62,232 nt of DNA, filler included, from Chiloscyllium plagiosum (GCF_004010195.1; 5 parts of one record of this genome joined end to end with filler, not necessarily neighbours in it); one strand, 5' to 3'; counted from the whole stretch's first letter, positions 36,487-50,734 are shown. Made by a program: numbers and translations. The notes: a model not told the origin generated them from the sequence alone.

Positions 36487-38606
36487 GTGAGGAAAGTTCA
36501 ATGCCAGTGGCACCAAATAAACAATTTTTTCATTATACATTCATGGGGCGAGAATGTCATTGGCAAGGTCAGAATTTGTTGATTATTTTTAATTGTCCTC
36601 AGAAAAGTGATGGTGACCTACCCTCTGAAATTCAACCAGATAGTTTAGTCAGCCATTTCTGAGGACAGTCAAATGTCAACAACTTATTGTGGGCAGAAAC
36701 TTGTATGTAGCTAAGTGGGATGGATTTTGTGAGATTTGTGGCAGATTTGGATGAGAGGTCCTCTGAGACCAGTCTCCACATTGGAAGTTTCGAGCACTTT
36801 TTTAATGCTTTTCACCAATAATGTGGTGAGACTTTTGCGAAGCAGGTGGCGAGTTAATGATTAGCAATTATTTGAAGCTTGTTAAATGGCTTGTTGATAG
36901 TCCAATATGTATCATTAATTCTTACCTTTCTATAAAACTAAACCCATTAAGCAAGGCACCAAGAAATCTCAACATGGAAACCCAAGGAGGCACTTGGTGC
37001 TTTCAGCTCACTGCTCACTCTGAACGACCTCCATATTTGATTTTTTGCACCAATATCTCCATGAGCTCCAATGAAACTTACACCATGTCCACAGACATTT
37101 GCATCCATTATGAATCAGCTTCTAATAACCCTTATGGCACATGTACTTAGAATGCTGCTTCATGTCAATGTTGTACTGCAGGCTGCTCCAGCACATGTCA
37201 TTCTAATGTCATAAGCATACTGTTCACTCAGGGACACATATCCAGCTCATGGACTGGACAAGGCTCTATCTCTGGGCTCCTTGCTTGCTCTCATAACACC
37301 CTGTCACTCTCCGCCTAACTGAGCATTCATAGCATCCCTGCCCAAATTGCCTATTTTAGCATTGAGTCGTCAGCCAGGCAACCAATACTCTCATAATTTC
37401 TGTCTTGCCATGCTGATTAGTGTACAAAGAAAGCTGGGAAGTTTACCATATTTATCAGCAGGCCTCAGTCAAATCGAGCCAGATAGTCATTACTCAGGGT
37501 GTGTCGGCACAGTAAGTCAACATTAACTTCTGATACCAATTAAAAGGCCTGAAAATGATCAGTGAGTCACTCAAGGCAATCAGAGTCAGAATCTCTCTAA
37601 CTGAAGGATAAGGAAATGAATGGGTCAGCCCACCACCCTTTTCTCCCTAATGTGGGCCATTTGCCTTCTAGAATAGAAGAGAGAGAAAGAGAGAGATAGG
37701 TACATATCAAGGGGGATGGAAGTGGATGTCACAGCTGTTATTTTCATGCAGGTGGGGAGATGTCCTAAGTAAATGAGCAGACAATGCGAATATGAAAGAT
37801 GTTGCAGACAATAGTGAGAGTGGTAGAGTATGAGCCTTGGATTGAGACAGGATACAGGACCAGAAATAGAGTGAACGTGGGTCCTTTGAATTGCCTTGAG
37901 CGCTTGCCTGGTGACCGTAATTGAATAGGAAACTTATTTCCATATAATCAAGGGCTCATCTAAGTGAAAATTTTTACTTTAGTTAGTTCCTCTGGCCAGA
38001 ACAGGATTACAGACCTAAAAACACTCCCAAATAATGTTACCTGCGTCTTTAGTGAATAGAGTTAGATAAATCAGACTAGTCGAGCAAAACCCCAAAAAAG
38101 AACTGTCATAATCAAGAACTGTCATGAATACATTACAGATAAGGACTTACTTTGTTTGAGATGCTTGGTTGTTACTTTAAGTAGTTTATTTGTCAGAAAT
38201 TTTGGCTGGTATTGAAAAATAATCATTAAGTGTTTGAGTATAATCTCCTTTTCTTCTTCAACCTCATTACATGTGTTGGTACCTCCCAAATTAGTGTTGA
38301 TGTTTGCTGGAACTTTCTGGTTGAAACCCTCTAATCAGCTTCTCTTCCTGCCTCAGTACAGAAGTGACTCTTATCAAAGTCACAAATGACATATGTAACA
38401 AATGTCAACTTATGCTCCTTGATGTTTTCGATCTCTCTGAAACATTTGACATAATTGACCACATGGTCCTCCTTCAATGCCCTTCTGCCTTTGTCCAGCT
38501 GGTGAGTGTAGTAATTGGGATTAGGTAGACATCATTGACTACAGGGTTCTTGATTGGGGTTAACCTGGGCCCATCAGGAAAGCATTGGCTGACCAATATA
38601 ACCAGG

Positions 38607-39468
38607 AGACCCCAAATCCCATACCTATCATGGGAGCCTCTGCCCCACGCCCTGAGCTGCCTCTGTAATTTTTGTTATGCATACTTCAAAGATGTGAACA
38701 GCGAGCCCTGTACAGAGTAGTGCTGCACACCATCTACTGCTTCTCCTTAGCCACTGCCTGGACATGCCTTGGTGTGCCCTTTTACTACCTGCATGCAGCA
38801 GTACCCTGCAACCACAGATTATGGTTGTTCACGGATTCTCAGCCCAACTGCTTGTTCTGTGGTGTCCGTGGACCATGTATATATTGGGTGTTGGCAGTTG
38901 CACTCCCTTTTTTTTTTGATTTTCTTGAAAACCTTCTCTTTTTGGTTGCACTTCAGCTCCATGCTCCTGATCTTAGGGCAACCTGTGCAGAGGAGGGAGG
39001 GTAGGTCAGGGGATGTCCTCGTGGGTCTGCTCCTGGGCCTGGCCAAACTGACCATAAACAGGTCCAGGCAGTGGGCCGATTGCCTGCCCCTCTTCTGCGG
39101 TTACATCCGAGCTCAAGTGTCTCTGGAGAAGGAGCACGTGGTGTCCAGCAACACCTTTGAGATTTTCAGGGAGAGGTGGGCACCACAAGGAATGGAGTGT
39201 ATTATTTCATCCTTCGACTCTATTTTGATTTAAACCCTGCCCTCCCCTTCACTTTTTTAAGCATGCAGCATTGCCCTTTGATGTGAAGGGCACTGCTTGT
39301 CTCTGGACACTTAGGTGTTTCCTTTTTTCCTGGTTGTGGAATATAAATAAAAATTTACACATGTATTATTCTTCACTGTGTCTGACACCTGCACATATAT
39401 GACATTGGTGCTGGGGTAAAATAAGCACAACTGCTGTTAGTGCAGGAGGAGAAAAAGAAAAAAACACA
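38607..39468 (+). mobile_element. Tx1/L1-clade 3' fragment, copy F
   Basis: ORFs 38672 and 38769 (ALYRVVLHTI..LHAAVPCN..NCLFCG..DHVYIGC..LLLGLAKL). Same 3'UTR as copies A-C and an A-rich tail. Confidence 0.8.
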
Positions 39469-39476
39469 TATAACCA

Positions 39477-39833
39477 TTAGCTCCCAGATCCCATACTTAT
39501 CATGGGAGCCTGTGCCCCACAACCTGAGCCGCCTCCGTAATTTTTGTTCTGTCTCTTTCAAAGATGTGAACAGTGAGCCCTGTACAGACTAGTGTTGCAC
39601 ATCATCTACTGCTTCTCCTTCAACACTGTGTGGAAATTCCTTGGTGTGGAGATCCCCAGTGGAGAGCTTTATAGGTGGTATTCCTCTGGGGTGGAGGGTA
39701 ATGCAAGCAGCAGTCCCCCGCAACTGCAGATTGTGGGGGTTCATGGACTTCCAGCTCAGTTGTTTGTTTTGTGGTGCTGTGGTGTACATGGGTTGTGGAC
39801 ATCTGCACTCCCTTTTTATTTTTCTTAAAGATC
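39477..39833 (+). mobile_element. Tx1/L1-clade fragment, copy G (lacks 3' end)
   Basis: Homologous to 38610-38930 with the same 5' boundary. Stops at tttcttaaagatc before tataaccagg. Confidence 0.75.
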
Positions 39834-41289
39834 TATAACCAGGTGGTCAGAATCTCCTCAGTTGAGGACTGTCTCCGATCTGTCTGGCCACAGCCTGTGT
39901 ACTGTGCATTAGGAAATAAAAGGTGACTTGGTGACAGGACTCAGCTGCTGTAGTTATTTCAGTGAGGCTGCTCTCACCTGGTTCCCTTCGTATCTATCGA
40001 ATTGTAGTCAGCAAATCTTGGCTTCTCTTCCTTGATCCACAACATTACATTTGGTGAGACCTGCCCCCCCCAAAACAAATACACCTGGACTAATTTTGTT
40101 TATCATCCACATGTTGGTCCTCAGCAATATCATTTGCAGACACAACCATTTTCTCACACACACTGAAAACACCCAGTTCTAACTCAGTACCAACTCTCTC
40201 ACCACATCTATTATCTCCAGTCACTTATCTGACGCCCAGTACCGTTGAGAAAAAAGCTTCCTGCAATCTAATGTTGACTAGGTCAAATACATGTCTTTAA
40301 TCCCCACCACAGTTTGGCTCACTAGTCACTAATTACAAACTTCTGGCTGATCATTGTTTGACATTAATTCAAATTGTTCAACGCTTCAATATCATATTTA
40401 ACTCCAAGAACACCTGCAAACCCCATATTTGTACAATCCCTAAGATTGCATATTTTCACCTCCACACCATTTTTGGACTCATAACATTAGATTAGATTAC
40501 TTACATTAGATTAGATTACTGTACCTTAGCTCAACTGCTGGTGAAATTCTTATCCATGTCTTGCCCTTATAAAGACCCAATTTTTAAAATTATTTTTGGC
40601 ATTTTTAAAGCAATGGATTGAAATCCAGGAATTTACAAGGATAGCTGCATATTTGAAAGCAAAGAATTTGATGACTCTTGCAGTCCTTGTTTGTAGCACA
40701 CATAGATGAGCTGAAGCCAAGTCTTTATTTACCCATTGTTTACTGGTGTAGTCAGTGATTTAAGATAATGTTCTCTGACTGCAAGCATGATTGGTTGTCA
40801 GGTAGCTAACAGCTTGCTTTGTGAAAAAGACAAAGTGAAGTTGACTAATGGGCCTGATTTTGGAAGTATTAGAGAGGACAAAAGAAAGAAGATGGAGGGA
40901 AAAGAAAGTGAGGCAAGCCTTCAATGTGGACAGTGAACAAATAAATGGTTGCCTTCCAATGAGCAAGAAAGAAATAAGGACAGGGTTATATTTTATGTCG
41001 GTAAATGCATGGAGTATTGAGAACAAAACTGGGGAACTTGAATTAATTGTTCGAGGTGGATATGACATTGTAGTATTGACAGAAATGTGGCTCAGAGCAG
41101 AACAGCATAGAATACTTAACATTCCAGACTCTGAAGTTTTTAGAGAAACAGCATCATTGTCCTTGAATGAGATGCAGTTCCTGAATTAGAATCTATATGG
41201 TTGTAAGTGGGCAACAGGAAGGGAACTTGATCTTGTTGAGTATTTGTAATAGACTTTCAAATAATAGGGAGGAAGTAGAAGAGAGCATA

Positions 41290-41640
41290 ATGGTACTGTC
41301 ACTCAGTGGTGAGTACTGCTGCCTCACATTGCCAAGGATCCAGACTCGATTCCACCTTCTGTGTGGAGTTAGCACATTCTCCCAGTGTCTGCGTAGATTT
41401 CCTTTGGGTGCTCCGGTTTCCTCCCACGGGCCAAAGATGTGCAGGTTAGGTGGAATTGCCATGGTAAATTGCCTATAGTGGCCAGGTATGTGTAGGCTTA
41501 ATGGATTAGTCATGGGAACTGCAGAGTTACAGAAATAAGGTAGCGGTGAGTCTGGATGGTATGCCCTTTAAAGGGATGGTATGGATTTGATGGTCCAAAT
41601 GACCTGCTTCCATATTGTAGAGATTCTATGATTCTATAAT
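41290..41640 (+). mobile_element. HE1-type SINE nested in CR1
   Basis: Same head, body and tail as 35935. Tail gattctatgattctat. Confidence 0.8.
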
Positions 41641-42774
41641 CTGTACGCAGGTTATGGAAATTGATTACCCTACAGAAGACTGGGGAAATGGAAGAGGAGA
41701 AATTTCTGCAATATGTGTAGGAGAACTTTCTGGAATTGTATGTGTCCAGATCTACCAGGGAGGAAGCTCTATGGGTTCTCATCCTAGGAAATAAGACAGG
41801 CCAAGTGGAGAGGTCAGTGTGCGACAGTTCTTGGAAATATTGTCTGTAATATAATTAAGTTAAATAATAAGTTGGAAAAAGATAAAAATCAGTCAATGAT
41901 TAAGATTTCAACTTGGAAAAGGGCAGATTTTGGGTGTCTCAAATTTGAATTGGAACATATTGATTGGAAATCCAGTTTGGTGGAAAAAATAATGGATAGA
42001 AAATGGGCGAATTTCAAAAGAGGAATGAATAGGGTACAAGCTAAGTACATATGCATGACAAATACATATGTGTATCCTAGAGTATCCTGGAAGGCTAAGG
42101 ATATTGATAAGAAAATAAGGAAGGAAGAGGCATATGACACGTACCAGAATAATAGTAGAAATAGAAATCAGGAAGAATGTCTCGAATGCAGGGGAAGGAA
42201 GGAGAAGTAGAAGCATGAGGAAGGGATAGCAGGCTGAACTAAAACAAATAATAAAATGTTCTTCAAACATATTAATAGTAAAAGACCAGCAAAGAATAGA
42301 TTGAGGCCCAAAAGCAATAAGCAGGATAGCTGCTCACTGAAACACAAGGTATGGCAGATGTACAAAGCGCTCTGAGAATTACTGTGTCTTTATCAAATTT
42401 AAAGGTAGTGACAATTAAAAATGTGAATGTTTTAACTGATCACGATACTGATAAGTAAAGAAGAGATAATTATCAGGTGGGCAGCATTCCAGATAGAGAA
42501 GTCACCAGGCTCAAATGGGATGGATCCCAGATTTCTGAGAGAAGTATGGAAGCAAATTGCGGAACCACTGATAGACATCTTTCAGGCCTCTCTGAACACA
42601 GGATTAGTCTTGTGGGACTGGATGATTATAAATGTGACACTGTTGTTTAAGAAAGGAGGAAAGATAACTCAGGAAACTACAGACCTATCAGCTTGACATC
42701 AATAGTGGGAAAACTAATGGAGTCCATAGCACAGCATAAAGTAATTGTACACTTGGAGAAAAATAAGTTCATAC

Positions 42775-43360
42775 TGTGACGATACTAATGCTTTAAGAGG
42801 TGTATTTTGTCTGGATTTTCTTTTTAAGAAAGGTTAGGACAGAAGTGGAGAGCAGGCTGCTTGAAGCCAATGAAGTATACAGTTTGTGAAGCCTTGTTTC
42901 TTTTTAAAGTTGGAACAATAGAAGAAGCCTGAATGGGTGAGGTGAAACTCCCACAGACCCAAGATTTTTAATTTTAACTTTAAGCAGTAGCTTTAGGGTC
43001 TTGAAGCTGAATGTGGAAGCATTTCTTTCCTCTCATTGTTCCAGCTAAAAGTTGGGTTTCTCTTCCTGCTGCCACAATTGTATGTAAGACAATCAATTTT
43101 ACTGAATTCGCAATTGCAAAGGATGTATTTATGGGATACTACTATATTTTAAGCATTTTGATGAGTCGCAGTTAAGCCAATTCTTTTTTTTTATTATGTA
43201 CTTTAGCTGTAATGCAAAAATTGTGTGTTTTGCTTAGAGGAGTTTGACCAATTGAACTGCATCTGGAACACACTGCCTTACACTTACCTTTAAACTAAGA
43301 AGAAGTTAGGGTCGAGGCTATCTGAATATATTTTGAAGAGGTTTGGTCTGGTCCATAATA
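42775..43360 (+). mobile_element. Solo LTR nested in CR1
   Basis: Starts tgtgac and ends ccataat(a). Flanked by atac/atac. The CR1 coding sequence (KFI-LD) resumes after it. Confidence 0.6.
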
Positions 43361-45522
43361 TACTAGACCGTCTAAAGGCTTTCTCAAGGGCGAGCCAAGT
43401 CTGATCAAATTAATTGAGTTCTTTGATGTGATGACACAAGCAGTGGAGGAGGGTAGTGCTGTCTGGATGTTGTATATTTGGACTTCTAGAAAGTATTTGA
43501 TATGGTGACATATGGCAAGTTGCTTAGCAAATTATAAATGTTTAGGATTGATTGGTTCTTGGCAGCGTGAATTAGATTTTGCCTCAAAGATAAGAAAGAG
43601 AAGCATGTATACATGTACATTTCTCAGAGTTGAAAGTGGTTTTCCCCAGGTATTGGTGTTGAGTCCTTTTGCTTCTTTTTCTGATTTACATAAATGATTT
43701 GGAGATGGGAGTTGAGAGCAAAATCTCTAAGCTTTGTAGATGATACTATTCTGGGGAAAATAGTGATTTGTGAGGATAGCACTGAGTGACTTCAGAGAGA
43801 CATTGAAAAATTGCCCAAATGGGCAAACACTTCAAAGCAGAGAAATGTGAAGTAATTCATTTTGATATCCAAAGCATGGAGAGATAGTACAGTCTGGATG
43901 TTACAGTTCTGAGGGAAGTATAGGACCAGAGGGACCTAGCGATTAATGTGCATAATTCTCAGAAGGTGGCCAGGTGATTTGAAATTGTTGTTAAGAAGCC
44001 TTAGAGGATCTTTGGATTTATAAACAGTGGCATAGAGTATAAAAGCAAGGACGTAATTCTACATCTCTACAAATTATTGGTCAGGCCACATTTAGAGTAT
44101 TGTGTTCTGTTCTGGGCAGCTTATGTAAGTAAGGGTGTTTAAACCCCTGGAACAAATGCAATGGGATTTTACTGAAATTATATTAGAAACAAGGGATTTT
44201 AGATACTCAGAAATATTCAAGAAATTGGGCTTATTCTCCTTGGAGCAGAGAATTTTAAGAGGATACCTTATTGAAGTGTTTAAAATTATGAACAATTTTG
44301 ACAGGGCGTGTCAGTAACTAGGGGTTATAATTTCAAAACTGTCAGCAAGAGAACTAGTTGTGAGAGGAGAAGAAATCTTTTTTTGCTCAGAGTTCTTAGG
44401 ATTTGGAATGCAATGCTTTGGAGAATGGTCAAGAATGATTTCATCCAAGGTTTCAAAAGAGACTTGAATGTGATTAATTTAGAGGTTTATGGAGATACGG
44501 CTGGAGAATGGGACCAGCTGGTTAGCATTTTAGGAGGCGGTACATAAATAAGGGGTGAATGGTCTCCTCCACTGTAGACTTCAACAATTCTATAATTTAG
44601 TCAGAGTGGAGAAGCCTGCAAGTATTCAGCAGACTGATAAGAATGCTCTCACTCTCAGCTTTCTGCAGTAAACCATTTTGAACCCAAAAAAACCCAGCTT
44701 ATCTTTCCTTCATCTGATGCTGCGAGTTGTAACTGTGAATGAGATAAGTCAAATGTGAACTAGCTATCCTGTTCCACTTGAAATCCAATAGAAGCTTTTG
44801 TAAATAGAAACTTTGACAATGAACCTTCGTATCGTCCAACCCAACAAATCTTCGTATCATCCAACCCAAAGACTATGGAATGTTTTACTCATTTTCCCTT
44901 GACCCATGTATATATTTTTTCCCTTTATTTACGGTTGTCTGCCTGTGTGTATATGGGCAAGGTTATAAGCAATTATTGATTCAATTTGCAGGTTTTACCT
45001 CATTTAGTTTAATTATTTTCCTGTAGGTAGAATTTAGTTATCCGAAATAAATAAATTCTTATTAAATACAGAAACCTGGCCTATGCTTTCGACTGAACCT
45101 GAAACAAAACAGCAATTGCTGGATAATCTCAGCAGGTCTGACAGTATCCGTAAGTAGAAAACAGAATTAACATTTCAAATCCAGTGCCTCTTCAACAGAA
45201 TTATTAGCAGCTAGGAAGAATTGATATATGTGCTGAAGCCAAGGTGGGGCAATAAGGAGTGGGGGTGGTCAAGTGCATGAGTGAAGACAGAGAGCCCAGA
45301 GATAGAGAAATATGAAGGAGGTAGGTAAGCAAGGAGGTAATAGACAATAGGACAGGACAGAAGAAAAACTTTGTTTTATTTTCTATTGATCTAGTCTGAC
45401 AATCGGGTATGTTGCATATTTCTTTTAAAATCTTTAACTTTTGTGACAACATCGACAATAGTGTGTCTTGATTACCAGTGTGCTCCCCAACGAGTGGTGA
45501 CACCCTGTAAACATTAATGCAG

Positions 45523-45839
45523 TTTAGATTAGATTCCCTACAGTTTGGAAACAGGCCCTTCAGCCCAACAAGTCCACACTGATCCTCCAAAGAGTAACCC
45601 ACCCAGACCCATTTCCCTCTGACGAATGCAACTAACACTATGGGCAATTTAGCATAGCTAAACCACCTGACCTGCACATCCTTGGACTGTGGGAGGAAAC
45701 AGGAGCACCCGGAGGAAACCCACGCAGACACAAGGAGAATGTGCAAACTCCACACAAACAGTTACCCAAGGCTGGAATTGAACCTGGGTCCCTGGTGCTG
45801 TGAGGCTGCAGTGCTAACCACTGAGTCACCGTGCTGCCC
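45523..45839 (-). mobile_element. HE1-type SINE
   Basis: Reverse complement begins gggcagcacggtgactcagtggttagc, has B box ggttcaattcc and ends in an (aatct)n tail. Confidence 0.88.
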
Positions 45840-46029
45840 TCTGCATTCTACTGCATTTCCAGCTGACCTACCACATTCTACCTTACATAAACTTTTATGT
45901 TCTTCAACACTTAGCCTGTGTCCTAGCTTGCAGCAAGCCTCAATCTGTGATCTCCTCTATGCTCATCAGTCTACCAATACAAGAAGTGAAACTATCACTG
46001 TATTCTAACAGATGAAAGGCTTAAAAGAC

Positions 46030-46207
46030 AATAAATTTTTCAATGTATAATTTCAGTTACATCACACTGTAAATTTTAGCTATAACTTCTGTGTTAGGAT
46101 TGAGCCCTCCACTATCACCTGATGAAGGAGCGTCACTCCAAAAGCTAGTGTGCTTCCAATTAAACCTGTTGGACTATAACCTGGCGTTGTGTGATTTTTA
46201 ACTTTGC
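46030..46207 (+). mobile_element. Penelope-type terminal repeat with degenerate hammerhead
   Basis: cacctgatgaaggagcgtcactccaaaagctagtg at 46116-46150. Confidence 0.65.
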
Positions 46208-46449
46208 CTAATTTATGGTTGTGTCATAATTCTTTTTTATAATGTTCTTGTGAATTGCCTGGAGACATTTTATTATGTTGGAGGCATTATAGAAATATGA
46301 GTTATTGATGATATTGTCTTGTCATGGTCTATGATTTATCAAGCATAAAACTAGCTTATTTTCCAATCTCCTCCTAGTCTTGATTTCTGACAGTTCCTTG
46401 TGAGGAAAGGGAGATATCCCTGAACTAAATGCTTGTGCACTTTTGATTA

Positions 46450-46882
46450 AAAGTGAGGACTGCAGATGCTGGAAATCAGAATCTAGATTAGAGTGGTCCT
46501 GAAAAAGCACAACAGGTCAGGCAGAATCCAAGGAGCAGGAAAATCAACGTTTTGGGCAAAAGCTCTTCATCAGGAATGAAGGCCGGGAGCCTCTGGGATG
46601 GAGAGATAAATGGGAGGGGGAGTGGGGCTGGGGAGAAGGTAGCCAAGAGTACAATAGTTAGATGGATGTGGGGATGAAGGTGATAGATCAGAGAGGAGGG
46701 TGGAGCGGATAGGTGGGAAGGAAAATTGGCAGGTAGGACAGATCATGAGGATAGTGCTGAGATGGAAGGTTGGAGCTGGGGTAAGGTGGAGGGAGGGGAA
46801 ATGAGGAAACTGATGAAGTCTACATTGATGCCCTGGAGTTGAAGTGTTCCGGGGCGGAAGATGAGGCCTTCTTCCTCCAGGA
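46450..46882 (-). mobile_element. Penelope-like element 3' end (end of GIY-YIG ORF plus terminal repeat)
   Basis: Minus strand LEE..LIFR.GTLQLQGINVDF. Hammerhead-like CTGATGAAGAGCTTTTGCCCAAAACG at ~46548-46573. Confidence 0.75.
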
Positions 46883-49800
46883 GTCTCTTATCTAATTAAA
46901 TTTGTCTTTGGATTATTGAGACATTACTTTCTCGTTGACTTTTCAATCTGCTTTGAAAGTATTTAGTCAGCCGATTGGTATTTGTGAAATATTCTGTTTA
47001 TATTTGGGTGATGGGACTTCTTTTTGTTTGCTTACATGTGATAATTGCTGAGCTTTCATCATTTTTTTAAGAGCGTTTACTCAAAGTGAAGAATAGAAGG
47101 CCGCCTGGGATTTGCCTTTAGACTTTAGTTTCCTAAGATGTTGCAAATATTTTGGGGCCTGATTTTCTGATCAGGATATTGTGCAGTTGGAATTGAGACA
47201 CAGCAGATCTATGGGTGCTATGGATGAGAAATGACTTGCCAAATTATGTGACATTCATGTGGCAAGAGCTTTTGCACCAAAGTAACAGGGACTCTGAGGT
47301 TTGTCCAGGCCAAAGCAAGTAGACAATTATAAGTGTTCCAGAGCTCCTAAATCAACTATTTGTCTAATAATGAGCAGTAATTCTCCAGGCTTCATTCAGC
47401 TCAAATTTAGATTATTTGATTCAATCAGCTTACTGATTAGGATGCTTCATAAACAGCATGTTTCAAACCAGTTGCTTTTTTTTCTGATTGTTTCTTACAG
47501 TAAATTTCACATTCATAATTCATTGCTGACCAGACCTAATGTTTTAATACACAGCTCCTTGTTTTGACATTCAACCCAGCATTTCTTACAACGTTGCTCA
47601 TTATTGTCGAAACACTTCTGGCTTGTCCAATGCTTTTTTTTTCATGTTTCATCACTATCTTTAACTTTGGAAATTACTGCGCTTCCTTCAATTGTTGAAT
47701 TGATTGAAATATTCTCCCATTTACTATAAGAAATATGTAAGGGGTACAGAGTGAAACTGCAAGACCAAGGGGATTTTAGATAATGTCAGAAGCTGAATGG
47801 AGTTCTCTAGACAGGCTATCTGTGCAGAGGTGCAGGAGCCTAATTGGTGCCGACAGGGTTACCAGAATAAAGAGGCTGACAGTCAAAGAAGTAGCTAGAC
47901 AATGTGAAAGATTGGTTTAATGAGACCTCCATCCATGAGGTGATCCATTGTTCATTTGATTGGAAATTTAGCAAGGACATAGTCATCCACGTCACTTGGC
48001 ATGATACTTAGATGGCAAGGAGAGTCCTCCAGCATTGATCACCTTTGCCTGCTAAAGTTTTGGGGCAATTCTCCCAGCTGTTGTGCATTCTTGTGAAGCT
48101 ATAACCATTGGCTGGAATACCCCAGGATGCCCCAAAAAGTGTGCCAAAACATCTCAGTTGGGAGAGCATTAGGCTAAAAATCAAAAGACCCCCGATTAGA
48201 TTCTGGGATTTAGCAGTGAATTTATTCAGGTCACATACTATAGCTGTCACTTCGCTCAATTAAATGAATGGTTTGTGATGTAGAGTGACATCAACAGTAC
48301 AGGGTCAATTCACATACTGGCTGATGTCCCACCTTCTTGACCTCATCCCTTGTTTAAATTATGGTAGCCTTCAGGTTATATAGCCACCAATTATTTTTCT
48401 CGAAAGAAAGAGCAGCCCAATGATCCTCTGTGACTATGGTAACTTCACCTTTAACTAACTGGGGCTGATGTGAGGTGGTGTGAATATGTAGTGGTTAGTG
48501 TTGCAGCCACTGCATCCTCAGCTCAAATCTGAGTCATGGAAGTGATAGCTTGGAAGTTTTCAATAAGTATATCGATGTATGCTTGTGGTGTCAAGGCATT
48601 CAACTGCTGGAAAATATAATTGGAAAAGTTCAGTGATTGTTTGTGATGTGCAGATGCAATGAGTCGAAGGGCCTTTTTCTGTGCTGTAGATCTCAACGAC
48701 TCTATGATTCATCTTGCCTTAGCATACAAACTGAAAATTCATACTCCTCTCTCCTTGAACTTTTCAATTGGAATTGGTTCTCAGTAGATCCAGTCTCCAG
48801 TTACTGATAGGCTTAGTTAATGTCCAGTATATGATCAAAATTTCGGACTGCTTACTTTTCATCACAAGCCCAAATGAAGGAAAAGTGAAAACTCACCTTT
48901 ACGAATTGTTAAGTCGCATAAAAAGCCACTGCTCCTCTTACTCCTGTTTTGAGTGTGTAGGCAAATTTAATCATATATGTGGCAACTTTAATTCTTTGTT
49001 TTCCACGGAGTTTTATGGATGGCTTTTGTGGGGGATCTTCAGGTTTGTTGTACGTGACTCTGCATCTTACAGGGGAACGCTGCACACAGCACATGTTTAA
49101 AGATAACAAACAAACATTTATGACAAGAACTTGCAACAACCCTTCTGATCTGTGTGCTCGAGAGATGCAGGTTGCAACTGCTAATGGTGTGATCTGAAAT
49201 CATGGTGGGTTATGAAGTTAGTGTTGCAGAAAAGGAAGTAACAGGAATAGAACTGAACCAATGGTGGTAGGCATCAAGAGATGGGAATGTGTGCAGAAAT
49301 GGCAAGTGCAAGATTGTTGAAGAAATTTGTGTGCAGGCAGTGAGACAATTAAGAAAGATGTTAAATGAATGGTAACATCAGTAGACTAGCAACCCAGAAG
49401 CCCGGAATAATGCTGGGGGAATGGGAATTCAAATCTTACTTTGGCAGTTGGTAGTGCTTAAACTGAAGTCACAAGTCTGGAACTTAGAGATAATAGTGGT
49501 GATGAAGCTATCACTGATTGATATGTAAGCCCTTCTAATTCACTAAAGTCCTTTCAGGAAAATAGTCTCTGACAGCACTGACTCCTGACCTACAGTGAGT
49601 GATCTTAAACAGTCGAACCGCTCAGTATGAATCAGAAACAAAGGCTGATTCTGCCTTTGTCCCATCTCAGGAAATGATATAGAAATTTTGATAATTGTAG
49701 GACTAGTAGATGAGATGTTCAAATGCAAGGTGAGAATATTAGAAAATTCCACTCATTTTGTTTAGCTGTTAAGGATATTTCTCATGTGAAATGCTTGGCA

Positions 49801-50060
49801 GGAACAAACAATGCAACGGCAATATTTGCTATCTTAATGTTGCACTATACAGTCTCAAAATATTAATTCAACAATTGCTGCAAAACTCAACATGTCTGGA
49901 CAGCATCTGTGGAGAGAAAACAGAGTTAAAATTTTGAATCTAGTGACCCCTGTTTCAGATCTTCAGCATCCACAGTTCTTTGTTTTATCTCGAAACATTA
50001 ATGTTCATGCAAGTTCAGCTCACTGAAATTCTGGAAACAGTAATTAAATTTTGTATCCAG

Positions 50061-50179
50061 CATGAAAATAGTGGTGTAAGAATATTGGCATCTACCACAT
50101 CTTTAGAGAAATGTATGGATATCTCAAAAAATCTACATGTGTTGCAGAAGGAAACAATGAGTGATGTGATTCCATTAAA
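50061..50179 (+). CDS. Candidate coding exon (HENSGVRILASTTSLEKCMDISKNLHVLQKETMSDVIPL)
   Basis: ttttgtatccag acceptor and gtatgt donor. 119 bp, phase 0-2, unique sequence. Confidence 0.4.
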
Positions 50180-50734
50180 GTATGTTAAAAGCTGAAGTGT
50201 AAACAGACTTTCTGAATAGTGACAGAGGATCTTGTTTTGTGATTACAAATCACAAGTGAGAATACAGCAACAAAAAGGAAAAATGAGAAAAAGACAGCAA
50301 ATGAAATTTAAACATTTAAAAATCATCTACAGTTAGTACCAGAAGGAATGAGGCTCCACAATTGTAATGGTTAACTTTCAATGTCAAAAATTAATTGATT
50401 GTAAGTAACATCTATAGAACAGTTAAGGGAGTAATTAAACTGGAAATGTCAAGTCAACTTCCTGTGGCAAGTTAAGTTTGTGATGAACTTCAGTCAGTCT
50501 TCAGAACAAAATCTGGCCCATCAGTCTGAATTTCATGTTTTTGTTTGCTAACTCGACATTGGTTCAATGTATTCATTCAACTTAGTGCTATCTAATCTAT
50601 AATTTTCTTTATTATCACATGATGTTCTCTTCCACTAATGTGTAATTTACTTTTTTGATTATGAAAAATAGTTAGATGTGTTCAGCCTGTTTTATTGGAA
50701 ATAGATCCTTATGTTTCTTTCTTGATCTTTTGAG

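Larger units (their letters stand above)
38507..39961 (+). mobile_element. Solo Gypsy LTR (type B) interrupted by two Tx1 fragments
   Basis: TG at 38507 and CA at 39961, with 5-bp TSD GTGAG at 38502-38506 and 39962-39966. Halves 38507-38606 and 39834-39961 align with 8576-8800. Confidence 0.85.
38330..40560 (+). mobile_element. L2-type LINE RT fossil, split by a solo LTR
   Basis: DLS..FDIIDHMVLLQ..VQL before 38506 continues as AALTWFPSYLSN after 39966. Later ..ENTQF* corresponds to YADDTQLY. Confidence 0.6.
40975..44595 (+). mobile_element. Old CR1 LINE ORF2 (endonuclease to 3' end), degraded, with nested SINE and LTR
   Basis: VNAWSIENK..YDIVVLTEMWL (ORF 40848), KSPG..GMDPRFL, NYRPISLTSIVGK (~42675), VRPHLEYCV (~44080). 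Confidence 0.85.

Noticed and set aside
48898..49079. Minus-strand exon-like segment with AAG|gtgagt donor
   Set aside because: Every frame has a stop before the donor and there is no supporting neighbour exon.
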